Below, in pieces: positions 41,631-55,858 of a stretch of DNA of 64,000 bases. The notes beneath the pieces are model-generated. The model was given only the letters and a program-made list of their open reading frames with translations. It was not told where the DNA came from and made no database searches. Source of the stretch: Octopus vulgaris. Taxonomy: Eukaryota. A program made the position numbers and the translations under genes. Location: the NCBI GenBank assembly GCA_951406725.2, contig OX597818.1, positions 91,140,001 through 91,204,000 of the forward strand, in the 5' to 3' direction. Position 1 is the first letter of the stretch. Each line of letters starts with the position of its first letter.

Positions 41631-41660
41631 TACCAGATAATAAGTATATATATATGTATA

Positions 41661-41785
<125 letters not shown>

Positions 41786-42927
41786 TCTGGCTATCCGCAA
41801 TATTTTAAAAGTGAGAAAATAGGAATTTTTATGGAGTTGTAATAATCTAATATGCAGGAAGAAATATTTACCCTTGTTATTCCATGGCTTCGCTTCCTGA
41901 CTAGATGAAAATGGTTTATTCCTCAAAGCTGCATTGCAAGTTTTCCATTAGTATTATATATTTAGAACACACGAATGCACTTTAGTGTGTGCGATTTCGT
42001 TTGATCCATAGAATACTCCGAAACGGACAGTTACGTGGATTTGTATTTACGTCTGAAAATGAGAACGTTTCTGCCATATAGCGAGTCGTAGACACATTAC
42101 CATCTGAGCGCTCGTTTTTCCGTCTTCCAGTGATATAGTTATTCGAAATAGGATTCACTTAAGCCTACTGGCATATTCAAGTGTGAAAGAATCCAAAGTG
42201 AAATACCTCCGATTCATATGAGCAACTTAATACTAAGTAAATTTATACCTTAACAAGATGGTGTACTAGACAAGGTTTTCGAGGAAATGCTAGTATCATA
42301 TCTTGTGCTTCCTTCCACAGAACTTGACCCATAGATTAATAAAACGACGATCAATAGACCGATCGATAGTCCATAACCAGGAGCTACCACTAAACTCTCA
42401 TTATCGACAGAATACCTAACTATAGCTAGTGTAGTCTGCCATGGTGTAAATATGTACAAGATTGTCATTATTGTTTTAACGTTTTCTATTTTCTTTATTT
42501 CTTTGTGTTTTCTCGTATCTGATGGAACACACATCACTGCGACTTTATTATATATATTTAATGACAGTTCAGTTTTGTAAAAACGTAGAATACAAGAAGA
42601 CACTGAAAAGAGAAGAAAATCAACAACTGAAAACATGACAAGATATGCGTTAGGAAAAAAAATAGAAGAAATGAAATTTCATAAAACGAAAAGCAAAATG
42701 AGTTCGCATCCAAGGACAAAAAGAATAGAACACCAAACGATATATTGTCAAGTATGTGACAATACATACATACAAATTTTTATGGATAACACCATACAAA
42801 AATAAATGTATATAAGGACACAGGAAAAATGTGTCAAAGCCATCAGGAGGCGTCGATGCTTCCTAGGGCTAAACAGCGGTGGTGTACCCCCTACTGTCAC
42901 GTTCGTGTTAAATTGACAGTATACAAC

Positions 42928-43000
<73 letters not shown>

Positions 43001-43055
43001 TGATATTATATTACGGCGTGCTGCGATGCTTTTTTAACCAAAAAAAAAAACGTGG

Positions 43056-43111
<56 letters not shown>

Positions 43112-43220
43112 TTATGTAGACATGTCTGTATATATGTATGTATGTATGTATGTATATACATAAACACACACATATGCATTTTACTGCGGATATTCGATCA
43201 CATTTTTGTTTTTATTATAG

Positions 43221-43250
43221 TTTCAGAGATCTGGAGACAGAAATGGTTCA
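43221..43250 (+). CDS. S-crystallin coding exon 4, 30-nt loop micro-exon (FQRSGDRNGS)
   Basis: tttttgtttttattatag acceptor, TCA|gtaagt donor, phase 0-0; supplies the FQRS..SS linker of octopus S-crystallins and gives the expected 215 aa. Confidence 0.9.
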
Positions 43251-43611
43251 GTAAGTTACACTTTTCTTTCATTCTTTCTGTCTTTCTTTCGTTCTTCCTT
43301 CCTTCCCGGTTTCTTTCTTAGTAGTTAATAAAAATCTGTATCGAAACGATAAAATCACTAAAGAGAGTAACATGACTACAGATTTGAATATCTTATGAAA
43401 TGCAGGGTTGCAAAGTTTATTTCAGCTTTCTACGACCGGTAATAAAATACCAGCAATTACCATTAACACACTAGTACTTTGCACTATGAATTTTACTCTT
43501 AAATATGTAGAGGTTTAATTAAGACAATAATTGAATAACATATTATTATAATCCCATTACAATTAATCATAAATATGACGTAAATATGACATGCATCATT
43601 ACATATTACAG

Positions 43612-43719
43612 TCGGAAAAACGTATGAGATATCAAGAGACTCTGCGAAGAATATTACCATTTATGGAACGCACCTTGGAAATGTACAAGAGTGGTAGCCA
43701 ATTCTTTATGGGAGACCAG
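43612..43719 (+). CDS. S-crystallin coding exon 5 ([36 protein letters not shown])
   Basis: ttacag acceptor, CAG|gtatga donor, [13 protein letters not shown] crystallin motif. Confidence 0.95.
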
Positions 43720-44954
43720 GTATGAATTTATCTTTCTTCTATTCTATTATATGTAAAATACGATACAATCTAATAACTAATACGATCACACCATGAGTCC
43801 TACTCTAAGTAATGTCAGCTATATCAGCAAAAAGTTTGCATTTACGTATAACTAACTTTTGGGAGACGTTGTATGATTTTGTAATTCTCATATTTTTCGT
43901 TATATTATTTACAACATACCACGTGGTAGTATGTCTTTATCCTACCTGCTGTAATACTTGAGAGAAACTACGCTTACGATAGTGTATCTTTTCAATACTG
44001 AGATATTTGCCCTTAATCCGGTCATTGTACTACTGTCTCACTGATTAACGCAGTTGGTATTACATCCCAAAGCAATATCAATGCGTTTCCCTCAAATATG
44101 CATGTATGTATGAAAGTATGTGTGCATGCATGTATGTATTCATAATTCTGTTAGTTCTTGTATTTGTTTATCTCTACTTTCGTTTTTGCAGTATAATTCT
44201 CGTACCCTTAAGCACATCTTTATTTTATAGTCTATTATCCTCATGGACAAATAGCTGTGTATGTGAAGAAGCAGATAAATAGCAAAGCTGTTACCATGCG
44301 TTATATTTCATTTATGTTTATTTGGAAATATGAATGTTGCTGAGCTTCATATCCGCCAAGCTTACAATGGACGTTTTTAAAAGAAACTTTTTACTTATTC
44401 ATATCCACCTACATGAAAGCTTCCTACGAAGTTATCGCATTTAAGTGTTAGGCAAATTCTCTCACTGATACACGTTGCGTAAACTGAACTGCACACTATT
44501 TTCTCTTTCTCTCTGCCATACTGCTTTTACGTGAGCCCTGTGAGACATATTCTTCTTACAATACACAATCGTATTCAATTGAAATTATATTTAATTCTTC
44601 TTAAATGTCCACACGCGGGCTAGGCGTCCCGCACAAAACATGTATTGAAATAAAACATATTCAGCTTAAAACAGTATCTTTGCTCATTTACACCATTTAT
44701 ATACTGCCACGTTTTTACCAGATCAATCTATAATTTGTAATTGACAGATGAACTGAATTAATATTCATTTTACATCTACTTTACTAACCGTAACAATTGT
44801 GCTTAGATCCTGTAGGTTCCACTGAACATTTCTTTTAAAAAAGCTTTTACTGTCATGAAACTATGCGGACTCATGAAACAGAATTAGAAATAAATGATGA
44901 ATTCAAAGCTAATCATTCATTATTCATTTATGCTTGCCGTTTTTCTTTTTCCAG

Positions 44955-45119
44955 ATGACCATGGCTGATATGATGTGTTATTGTGCCCTTGAGAACCCAC
45001 TAATGGAAGATCCCTCTATCCTTAGTAGTTATCCCAAAATGCAGGCTCTTAGAAATCGCGTGATGAGCCATCTTAAAATGTCTCCCTATCTGAAGAAACG
45101 TTCCAGCACCGAATTCTAA
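44955..45119 (+). CDS. S-crystallin coding exon 6 ([17 protein letters not shown]...KKRSSTEF*)
   Basis: ttttctttttccag acceptor; GST C-terminal TMAD motif; TAA at 45117-45119; matches ORF 44934..45119. Confidence 0.96.
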   Translation: MTMADMMCYCALENPLMEDPSILSSYPKMQALRNRVMSHLKMSPYLKKRSSTEF

Positions 45120-45258
45120 GAGAAAATAAATAGCAAACTATAACTGATGATGGATATTCCCAACACAATGAGATTGACCGAATGAACATCCAACAAATGT
45201 TAATTGACCAAAGAAGTAACAAAATATGAATAACAAATCCAACACGACAACCGAACCA

Positions 45259-45300
45259 AATAAAATGAAAGTATCTTCATGAATTTTGTTTGTTTTAATT
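45259..45300 (+). terminator. Candidate polyadenylation signal with downstream U/GU-rich element
   Basis: AATAAA 45259-45264 followed ~20 nt later by ttttgtttgtttt; other AATAAA at 45125 and 45535. Confidence 0.5.
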
Positions 45301-48300
45301 TATCGTTTTAATATTTCCAAGAAAGAAAAAGAGAAGAAAGAAAAATAAGCGTAAACGTTATCGAGAACTCCGAAAATAATATAATTTCCAGAATATCAAG
45401 TTTTGAAATCTTTGTTCACCAATGTCTGATCTTTTTTTTGCAACATTTGCCGCAAATAGTTTTGAAAAATAATATAAAATATTTGAAATATATTTGTTGT
45501 TTTGTTCTTTGTTGCATTTTAGTAGTTTTGTTGAAATAAATTAAATACATTTGAGATGAGATCAGTGAGTTAATCAATAGGTTGTGTTCATTTTATATTT
45601 CTTCTGTGAAGTCTATCAGCCTTATTTCTTAAACCAGTTATCCTTTGAAATACTAAATAATTCAAGTGCATCATTTATACGACTCCTAATCTTGTTGACA
45701 CAAGGCCGCATAATTACCATGAAAGTACCATCGGTTTATATTGACCTGAGTACTTGACATGTATACTGCATAATCCGCCCTCACTGCTCCTCAGAAGGAT
45801 CACAGGTAAAAAATTTATTCAGTTGTGAACTCCAAATATTAATGTATTATAAAATATCAATGCAGCGTGCTGGCAGAAACGTTAGCACGCCAGATAAAAT
45901 GCTTCGTGGTATTTCGTGGGCCTTTACGTTCTGAGTTCAAATTCCGCCGAAGTTGAGCTTACCTTTCGTACTCAATGAAATAAGTACCAGTTATCCACTG
46001 GGGTCGATGTAATCCACTTATTCCCACCCACCCGCACACACAAAATTGCTGGCCTTGTACAAAAATTCGAAATCAACATATTATAAAATACCGCAGGATT
46101 AGTTCGATGCTTTCACGATAATAATATTAATTATTGACAGATAACATCTATTTATTGATTCCGTCACTCCAAGTATTGAATATACATGGAGCATTAAAGA
46201 ATAGAAATATGAATGTGGTAAGAAAAGTCTATATACTAAAATACCTTTCTACCTATGCACTTGCTTTTTGTGTAATGCTCATGAACATCTATTCGAAAAA
46301 ATAATTACTAAAACGTGTATACCTATATAAACGCAACGGTATTCATAAATTTAGATTTAACATTTAGGCGTGAAAATACAATTTTTTTCATAGATGTAAT
46401 AAATAATTTATATGTGGCAATAAGTAAAAGGATTTACGGTTAAATAATATTTTAAAATTATTACTGGAAAAATAGTTTTTCATTAATTACCTCCCTATGT
46501 GTATGTTAAATTTCCAGCTACAAGTGACAGAAATAAATATCAAACAGTTTTAAATGACTGACCTCTTATGCTAAAAAGGACTACACGTTTGGAATTGGCA
46601 GTATTAATTCAATAAGTTGTTTTTATTTACTTATATTCACAAGCAAAATTTGTGGAAATTTCACGAGAACTGCTGCTAACATAAATATTATTATTGCCTT
46701 TAGAGTATCGAAAAAATATCCCTTCTCATATTTAAAGAAGGAATATAATCGTTTCTAATATACAGATGAGTAGAAATTATTAGGGAAAGGGATTTACCGA
46801 TGCCATCGACTCCAGAACCTGGCTGGCATTTTATGCTGTCGACCCTCAAAGGGATGAAAAGTAACGATGGCATTGGCCAGGGTTGAACTCTGAACGTGAA
46901 AGCGGGAAGAAATGCTACGAAGTATTTTGTCCAATTCTCAAACGATTCTTCCCTTCGCCGCCTTATTAAAGAAATACATATAGGTTTGTACATGTAGGTT
47001 TGTACAATGAGATAATTAAGATATACTAAAGGTGAAGGCTGCTCAAACTACGCACCAAAGTTTAGTAGAGAAACTGTTTTTTTCTAAAGATGCATTAATC
47101 TGCAAAGATTCTCTTCTCCTAGAAAACCACATTTGTTTTGTGCGAAAATGCGACTTACGTATCGGAAAATACAGTATTTTCCGAATAAACATGATGGATT
47201 GATTGAAAGAAATTCTGCTTTGGTACAAACTTCTATCTATGCTTCATATATAATATCAGCAGAACAAAAATTTTGAATTATATGCTAAATAATACAAACG
47301 ATACATCAGATACATAAGTCAAAGTCCCAAAATATCTGGAGTGATGTAGCTTTGGGTAAAATACAAACTTTCGTTCGGAACTACATTTAGTAGTTCACTA
47401 TATCCTCTCAATAATCGAGAAGTTCGCTTCACAACCAAAAGGGGCCAAGTATTTATCACTTTGCGCTGAGTCGATCTGAGAATCTCATTAATTGTACACT
47501 TCTCTACGGAATAGCTAGTCACTTAAACGTTAACTCAAGGGCAGGTAATTCATTCTCTCGGAAATTCAATCCTCTTCGTCGAATGAAGTATATTTTCCCG
47601 ACTATAATCCAGTACTTGTTTAATCTAAACAGACCAAAGCGAAGTGACTTCTTCATTGCGCCATAGATTATTGCTACTATCAGGATACGAACTGCGAAAA
47701 CATTGACAGCTCAGCACACAGGCGATCTATAGTTTTGAGTAGTTTTAAGCTATACACCTCTCCAACAATTCTGTGACAAACTCAAAGTGTTATATTAAGA
47801 AAATTTCCTACCAAGTTTCTTTAGTATACCAATTAAACTGGTAAATTATTAAATATTACCTGAGGACAGGCGTTAATGACTTCCATGGAGAAGATTTCGC
47901 TTCTTATCTCATTGTGTTGCTGCCTGTGTTTTGTTCCGTTTCCGGGCAGTTATCTAATTGTTCAGCCATCTTCTAGCTGTCAAGATTACGCTCCAAAGTT
48001 TCAGGGAAAGATCAAGAGGTTTGAATACCTATTGGCAGATATTTTCTGAACACGAAAATTCAACCAATTCTTATTATCGTAGAAATACACGAAATGAATA
48101 ATTATCCAAATGTTTTCATCAGATTGAATAGAATGCACACACACACACAATCACACACACATACATACACATACACACATACACACACATACACACACAT
48201 ACACACAAACAATCATAAAGAGAGAGAAACATCTGCACACGCAGAGTCATATATGCACACAGAGAGACACACACAAAGACATACACAGAGACAAACATCC

Positions 48301-49345
48301 ACGCGCACATACACATACTCACACACACAAACACAAATACTCACACACAAACCTGTACACACTACGTTCTCTCTAACCTCTCCACACACATTTTGCTATA
48401 GATACGTCATTACTCTACAATGAATTCCACAGCGGATATCCATACAAGGTTCGCTATCTAATCGCATTCAACAGCCAATGAATATTATTGTTTACCAGAA
48501 CAGGTATGCTGTCGTTGACTTCGCCAGTTATGATCGAACTGAAAAATAGAACAACCCAGAAAACAGAAGCGGTATATGTATATACATACATGCACAAACA
48601 CACGCACACACACGCACACACACCACAGACACACACGCACACACACATACATATCGATAGAGCATTGCCTTGATTGAAGCTTTGGTCACTGTCGCCTCTC
48701 ACTTCATATTATTAATAACACACTTCATCAAGTATCAAGTGATGCTCCCAATATTTATTATTTAAATTCTGATAAATATTCTAATGGATACTGTTGGAGA
48801 GGGAAGACCCCTTCGGTCATGAATAAGCATGGGATTGCACCTAGAAAGTTACCCTCCGAGGTACAAGTCTGGGCAAGGTTGTTTATGGAAGGCCATCAGT
48901 CGCCCATGCATACCAGCCTACCCTATCCACACCACTGACGTTATCCAAGGGAAAGGCAAAGGGGCCGATACAGCTTGGCACCAGTGATGTCACAACTCAT
49001 TTCTACAGCTGAGTTAACTGGAGCAACGTGAAATAAAGTGTCTTGCTCAAGAACACAACACGCAGCCCGGTCCGGGAATCGAACTCACAACCTTACGATC
49101 GTAAGCTCGACGCTCTAACCACTGTGCCATGCGCCTTCACAACGGATACAGTATATTATGTGCATTCTAGTTGCGGGAGAAACTGGACTACTTAATTCAT
49201 CGCATCTGTGGTGTGTATGAAAGACCTTCAGATGTTTAAGATGCATCTGACAGTCTTCTCCATTATATTTCTTTTATCACATAGATGCACCAACACATAC
49301 ACAAATATACAAAAACGCACACTTATATACACGCAAACCACCACA

Positions 49346-49391
<46 letters not shown>

Positions 49392-51900
49392 CACACACAC
49401 ACGCACACTTACACACTCACAACACTATAATCCAGTGATGTTACATATTAGGTATCAAATCAGGATTCTTCTGTTTAAATTTATTGAACAAACCGCCAGA
49501 TGCCTTAAAGTTTACATCATAAGCAAAAGTGTGGTTATGTGGTAAAGCAGATAGTTTTACACTCATTTCGTTTCGGGTTCAATCCCACTGAGCCGTACCT
49601 TAGGGAAATGTTTCTTTTTACTACAGCTCAGGGATGATCAGTACCTTTTAAGTAAATTTGGCAGAGGGTACTGTGTGGAAGCTCGTCGCATGTAAATGTG
49701 CACGCACGCGCGCGTTTTGTCTATGTATTTTTATTTCTTTATTGCCCACATGGGGCTAAACACAGAAGGGACAAACAAGGACAGACAAAGGGATTAAGTC
49801 GATTACATCGACACCAGTGCGTAACTGGTACTTAATTTATCGACCCCGAAAGGATGAAAGGCAACGTCGACCTCTGCGGAATTTGAACTCAGAACGTAGC
49901 GGCAGACGAAATACGGCTACGCATTTCGCCCGGCGTGCTAACGTTTCTGCCATCTCGCCGCCTTTCTGTTTTGTGTTTGTATTTGTCTACCCCCATCGCT
50001 TGACAAATGATGTTCGTTTGTTTATATACCCGTAACATAGTGGTTCGACAAAAGAGGATTATAGAATAAATACCAGACATAAAATAAAATGTGAATGAGG
50101 TCGATTTGTTTGACTAAAATCTTCAAGGCAGTACCAAAGCTCGGCCGCAATCTAGTGACTGAAACAAGTAAAAGACACGATAAAATGTGTAACAATAACG
50201 TATATAGCGGCTTGTATTAGTTGGTGAAGTAAATAATGGTATCAGTCTCTAATATCCTGTGTTTCGTGTCTGACCTCGACTTTACTTCGTGTCTACATGT
50301 AAACATATTTGCTAATACGAAACATTAAAATGCCTTTCAGTGATCGACATCGATATTATAGATTGCGTATTGAACTTATTCATATCGATACTGTCGTTTA
50401 ACCTTCTTTTAATATTTTGTATTTGATATTATGTTTGCTGTTTGACTACACGCCAGACTTAATAGTCAATATGTAAGGTGATCAATGTTGATTTAGATGT
50501 GACCACTCCTCTATTTCCAGACACATTATAGGAATATTTCGACTACTGCTGATTCGAATATTGCGGTTCCAGAATTCTTCGTTTTTTCTTCTTCTTAATT
50601 TGTAGTTTATCTCCGAAGTCCATATACTGTGGATTATGAGTAAGAAACGAAATAAATGATTAAGATAGTAATTCCTGGAACAAGGGCGCAGTTTTATTAA
50701 GAATGTGTTATAGTTGACTATAACGATTCCAATACCTCGATTTCTTATTGCAAAATAACAACAGAACTTAAGGCAGACATAAGCGTAATATGAACTTTTG
50801 ATATGGAAAGCTGAAATACAACAACGTGCATTGTATCTACACTCTTGGAATTCTACCAACGTTGTTGTTGTTGCTTGTTCCTTCTTGAGCCATGCCTGTC
50901 TCATAAGGTCCGGTTTCCCGGTTTTATTGGTGTATAGGTTCCCCACCTAAACGGGAATGCATCTAGCAGGTCACCTGCCGTGTGGAGCTTAGGTTTTTCC
51001 CTCATAAACACACACACACTGCTCGGTCTGAGATTCGAACCCACGATTCCGCGACCGGGAGTCCGCTGCTCTAACCACTAGCCATGTGCGTCCACCCAGC
51101 GTACAGTTACTGAAAGGAATGAAGAGTAACGAAGTGTAATTTCTCCTTCATTTTCGTCTTCCGTTTTTGTGTTTGTTGAGATCCACTGTAGAGATCTGAT
51201 TAATTGTTTTAGACGAGTGATATTTGATGAGTTTTTCTGATTTTGTCTGCGGGTTGCGTAGATATATTCTTATTGATGTGATGGTATTTTATACCAATTT
51301 CCGATAAGTTTCAGTTGGGAAACAAGGTATTCGAAACCATGCTAATCGGATGTTTACATTATTTTCAGACACGAGTGAATATCACCACTATAAGAGGTGA
51401 ATGTGCTAAAAAGAATAGAAATTTATGGTAATGGAAAAGAATACCATTAATTTTTCACACATCTGGAAAAACTTTAACATAACCGAAGCATCGGAAAATT
51501 GAGATGTTGCATAACTTGAGGGCAATATGACAGGTGTTTGAAGCAATATATGATTTCTTATTAAAGAAATATTCTTTCCTGATATCGGAGATGAAACTAC
51601 AGAGAATGCCTACAAATGACAACAACAATACGAGAAAATTGCGTGACCCACATGGACTAGATCTTGAAAGTAATAATTTTAAAAAGAAATAAATTTAGAG
51701 CTGTAACGTTCATACGATTATGACGAAGACTGCACACAGGAAACTGTGATGGAAAAAGAATTCTGCTATAAATATACTTGGGGAAAGAAATCTTGGGGAA
51801 AGAAAATGAATGCAGATCTCAATGTAGAAAGGGGAAATTCAGCAGAAAAGTTGAAAATCTACTTAGTGCTTATATTCAAGAATAAGTAGGTAGGAAAAAA

Positions 51901-51965
<65 letters not shown>

Positions 51966-51970
51966 CATAC

Positions 51971-52053
<83 letters not shown>

Positions 52054-52069
52054 CATACACACACACACA

Positions 52070-52449
52070 TCTATATGTATATAAACGGCAAAATGTCTGT
52101 CTGTCTGTGTGTGCGTGTGCGTGTCCTTTATACAAATCTACAATTTTTCAGTTAGAGGGCTCGCACTTTCTATGGTCATTCAAAACCGTCCAAGGGTGGT
52201 CGTGCACATCTTTACATTTCCCCAGTCACCCCGGAAAGTCATTAAAAAATCAATAGAAGTGACTTTTTTGTGAATTTTCTATCCAAACCCCAATCAAAAT
52301 GCCCGAAACTTGATACGCCAATTGAATGCCAGCTAGTTGTATGTGATTGGTCGGAGAATTGGAGAGTACTCGCGTATATGTGCGCACGCACGCAGCTGTA
52401 TATGCATGCACTAGCACTATGACCCGGCGTTGCCGGGTCACAATGCTAG
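52070..52449 (+). mobile_element. Non-autonomous Helitron
   Basis: 5' TCTATATGTATATAAA, internal (GTCT)n, 3' GC-rich hairpin gacccggc-gtt-gccgggtc followed by CTAG; inserted between A and T. Confidence 0.75.
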
Positions 52450-52459
52450 TGTATATATA

Positions 52460-52777
52460 TATGTCAACAAACCGAAGAGCCTGGTGCAACTGAAGAAGAA
52501 AATCAGTAGAAAAATCATAGAAGTGGGGGTCTGAAACTCTTGAGGGTATTATGGTGTGCACGTTTTGGAAATGGCACGGACGTGCAAAGCCGAATATTGT
52601 AGCCATTTAAGCGATGGCATTTTTTATAATTGATGTAGTTGTGTTTCAAAATTTGACTAGTGCATATTAATCTGCATTATATCCTTTATATTGTATCAAA
52701 ATGTTATGCGGTTATTTCTAAAGTTAAAGAAATTATTAAAAATTTCATCCCCTCAGTGACCTTTCGGACGCGCTGTA
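52460..52777 (+). mobile_element. Tc1/mariner transposase 3' end with right TIR
   Basis: YVNKPKSLVQLKKKI..CKAEYCSHL; ends tttcggacgcgctg+TA. Confidence 0.55.
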
Positions 52778-54294
52778 TAATGCAAGATGTTTGGTAGTGA
52801 ACACCATTCAAACATAACTCATATATGAATATCATTGAACATATAGTTGCAAATACAAGTATGATTGCTAATCATTGTTTGATTACAACAGCTGTCACGT
52901 ATTTATATACTTAGATATATTAAATACATCGTTTGAAATGAGATATTTATCTATCTAAATAAATATGTGATTAGTTTTTCTGAAAATAGTTCTAAAATTA
53001 CCGAAATCTATATCTTATATTCCGGAGTTTTATGTTTTGTATATGACTCGATAGTTTTTGTTTTTTTCTTTTTTCTGCAATACACTTCAGACACAGATGT
53101 AAAAAGAGGAGAAAACGATGGATAAACAAGATAAATATGAACACATACATATATACATACATGCGCATACATATATATGTGTGTGTATGTATGTGTGCGT
53201 GTTTGTGAGAGAGTATGTGCGTGTATGAAGGTACATGATCCACGGTTTGTGTGTGGTGATTATGATCGTAAATTCGTGAGTTCGATTACAGGTACTTACA
53301 AGGCATTGCTTTCCTGAGCAAGGCACTACGGTTCACGTCGCTGTAGCGACACATCATTCTGATGAAAAATGTAGTACAGGCCCAGTGCTGGTGCCGGTAC
53401 TTTGTCTTCAGGCGCCATATCCAGGGTGTTACACTTGGTGAAGAATGAAGAGGGTGAAGTGGAATTATATGATTGTTCTTGATGGCATTACTTCCTAAAA
53501 CATTTAGCAAAACATTGTACATTGTTAACCATCGCCTACTAGCAAGCATCTACTCCTTAACATGCGCGCTAGGATGTCCGATCGCTGAGACAACCTGGTG
53601 CCAGGAGCAGGACTTACAGGGGATGTCGGTCAAACCTCGTAGCTCTCCGACGCAGGCCGCTCCCGCGTGCAGGTCGCTTACAAGGCAGAAGTGGCTTGCT
53701 TAACAACCACATGGTTCCGGGTTCAGTCCCACTGCGTGGCACCTTTGGCAAGTGTCTTCTACTATAGCTTCGGGCCGACCAAAGCCTTCTGAGTGGATTT
53801 GGTAGACGGAAACTGAAAGAAGCCCGCCGTATATATGTATGTGTATACATATATATGTGTGTATGTGTTTGTGTGTGGTTGTCCCCCAACATCGCTTGAC
53901 AACCAATGCTGGTGTGTTTACGTCGCCGTAACTAAGCGGTTCGGCATAAGACCCCGATAGATTAAGTACCAGGTTTACAAAGAACAAGTCCTGGGGTCCA
54001 TTTGCTCGATTAAAGGTGGTGCTCCAGCATGGTCACAGTCAGATGACTGAAACAAGTAACAGTGAGAGTAAATGAGAGAGTATACTACGAAATTACAGAC
54101 TCATTTGCGAGCGACGACTGTGATGTATGTGTGTGGTGTGAGTAAGTGTGTATAAGTAACAACATAAGGCGGCGAGCTGGCTGAGGGTTTAACACGATAC
54201 CTTTCCTTCTGGGACGGGGTCAAGTAATTCATGTATCAGTCAAGAAATCGTGTTGACTACTCTGTATATATATCGAGAATATTATGTTAAACTG

Positions 54295-54335
<41 letters not shown>

Positions 54336-54480
54336 AAAAGCAATTAAGATTCAAGTCAATTCTAATGAATTTACTTGAATGCGGTACTTAACTTAGATGC
54401 ACCAGAAAACTATATGGTGTTAACCATACAGTAATGTGGGGTGATTATAAACGAGAAAGAAGCAACAAGAATGAATTAGT

Positions 54481-54571
54481 TTTTAGTACAATTGTTTCAT
54501 ACAAAGACAGGCTTTATTAAAAGTTGCAAATATTGCAGCAGATAAAAGTGTCCCGTACTCATCAGCTAAAA
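54481..54571 (-). ncRNA. PLE-type hammerhead ribozyme with long stem II (intact copy; G8A variant at 56906-56996 on +)
   Basis: rc ttttag CTGATGA gtacggg..tttgtat GAAA caattg TA ctaaaa. Confidence 0.75.
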
Positions 54572-55858
54572 CACATATGAGTTCTCCAAACATCTTAGTG
54601 GGTGAGGCTACACTCGTGAAGTATTGGAGATAATTTCATTAAAAGCAGATTTAGGTTGTAAAGAGACTTCCGAAGTTCTTTAATGATGATGCACAGTCTT
54701 ATCACAGGTTTTTAAAAAAGCTTATTAGCTTCACAGAGAAGGTGAATTAATCCGTAGTGTAGATGTAAATTTCCAGAGATATGAGGAGGAATTTCATACT
54801 CACAGACGATGAATTTATCCATGGTTAATCCACAATGAGGTGGGTATAATTTCATGCTATATGATAAGGTATTTGTCACATTACTGTTCTCTTCACAAGA
54901 CTGCTATGTTATGACTTCTAAAGGCTGAAGGAATTTTTGTGGAGCAAAGAAAAGAAAAGAAAGGAAAGAGAAGAAAAGAGACAAGGAAAAGGAAAAAAAG
55001 AAAAAGAAGAAAGAAAAAGGAAAAGAAAAAAGAAAAAAGGGGAGAAGAAAAGAAAAAAGAAAAAAGAAAAAAGGGAAAGAAGGGAGAAAAGAAAAAACGC
55101 CCACATAGAGTATACTGTAACAACTGAGAGGGAAAGGGGTCGCAGGTGACCCACTACACAGAAAAATTTGTAGACGGCTTGGCTGGCTTCGAATTTGCAG
55201 GAATCTAAGAACTATAAGGAGAACATTATTTTTGACCAGTAAACAGCTATTTATTGCCAACCTGACGTAGCTGAAAGCAGATATGAGAATCTAAAGAGAT
55301 AACAAGTTTAGGGATAGAGGGGTCAAAGGCTATCATCAAAAGGAAATACATTAAGAGAAAAAAATAAGTGCAATCCTAACAAGAGGTCATTTAAATTTAT
55401 TTATTTATTTATTACTGTTACTGTCTTAAATTGTTGCCGTTACTATCTATACATTGACAGACTACAGGTCAAAACTTAGAAGTTTGTTTACAAGGTGTGA
55501 GGGAATTGCCTATTATACTGAAATTTCTCATACTACTTTCAAGGGAGTAGCATTACTTATTTAATTTTGTAATAGAATTATGAAGTCTTAGTAACTTATT
55601 TTATTAAAGTTGTGTTACCTAAATTAGATTAAATTAAAAATTTAAAATTAAATTTAAAATTAAATAAAACTTCATTTAAGCAACGTACAAGTACTATTTG
55701 TTTCCTTGTGCTCAAAATCAAGTGCAGTTATAAAGAAAGAGATAACTGTAGTGTGAGAGCTCGCAGTTATCTACTTAAAAAATTAAAGTTATGCTATACT
55801 AGTAAAAAACAAGCTATATCTATCTATCTATCTTGTTACGATTATTCTATACGGTTAT

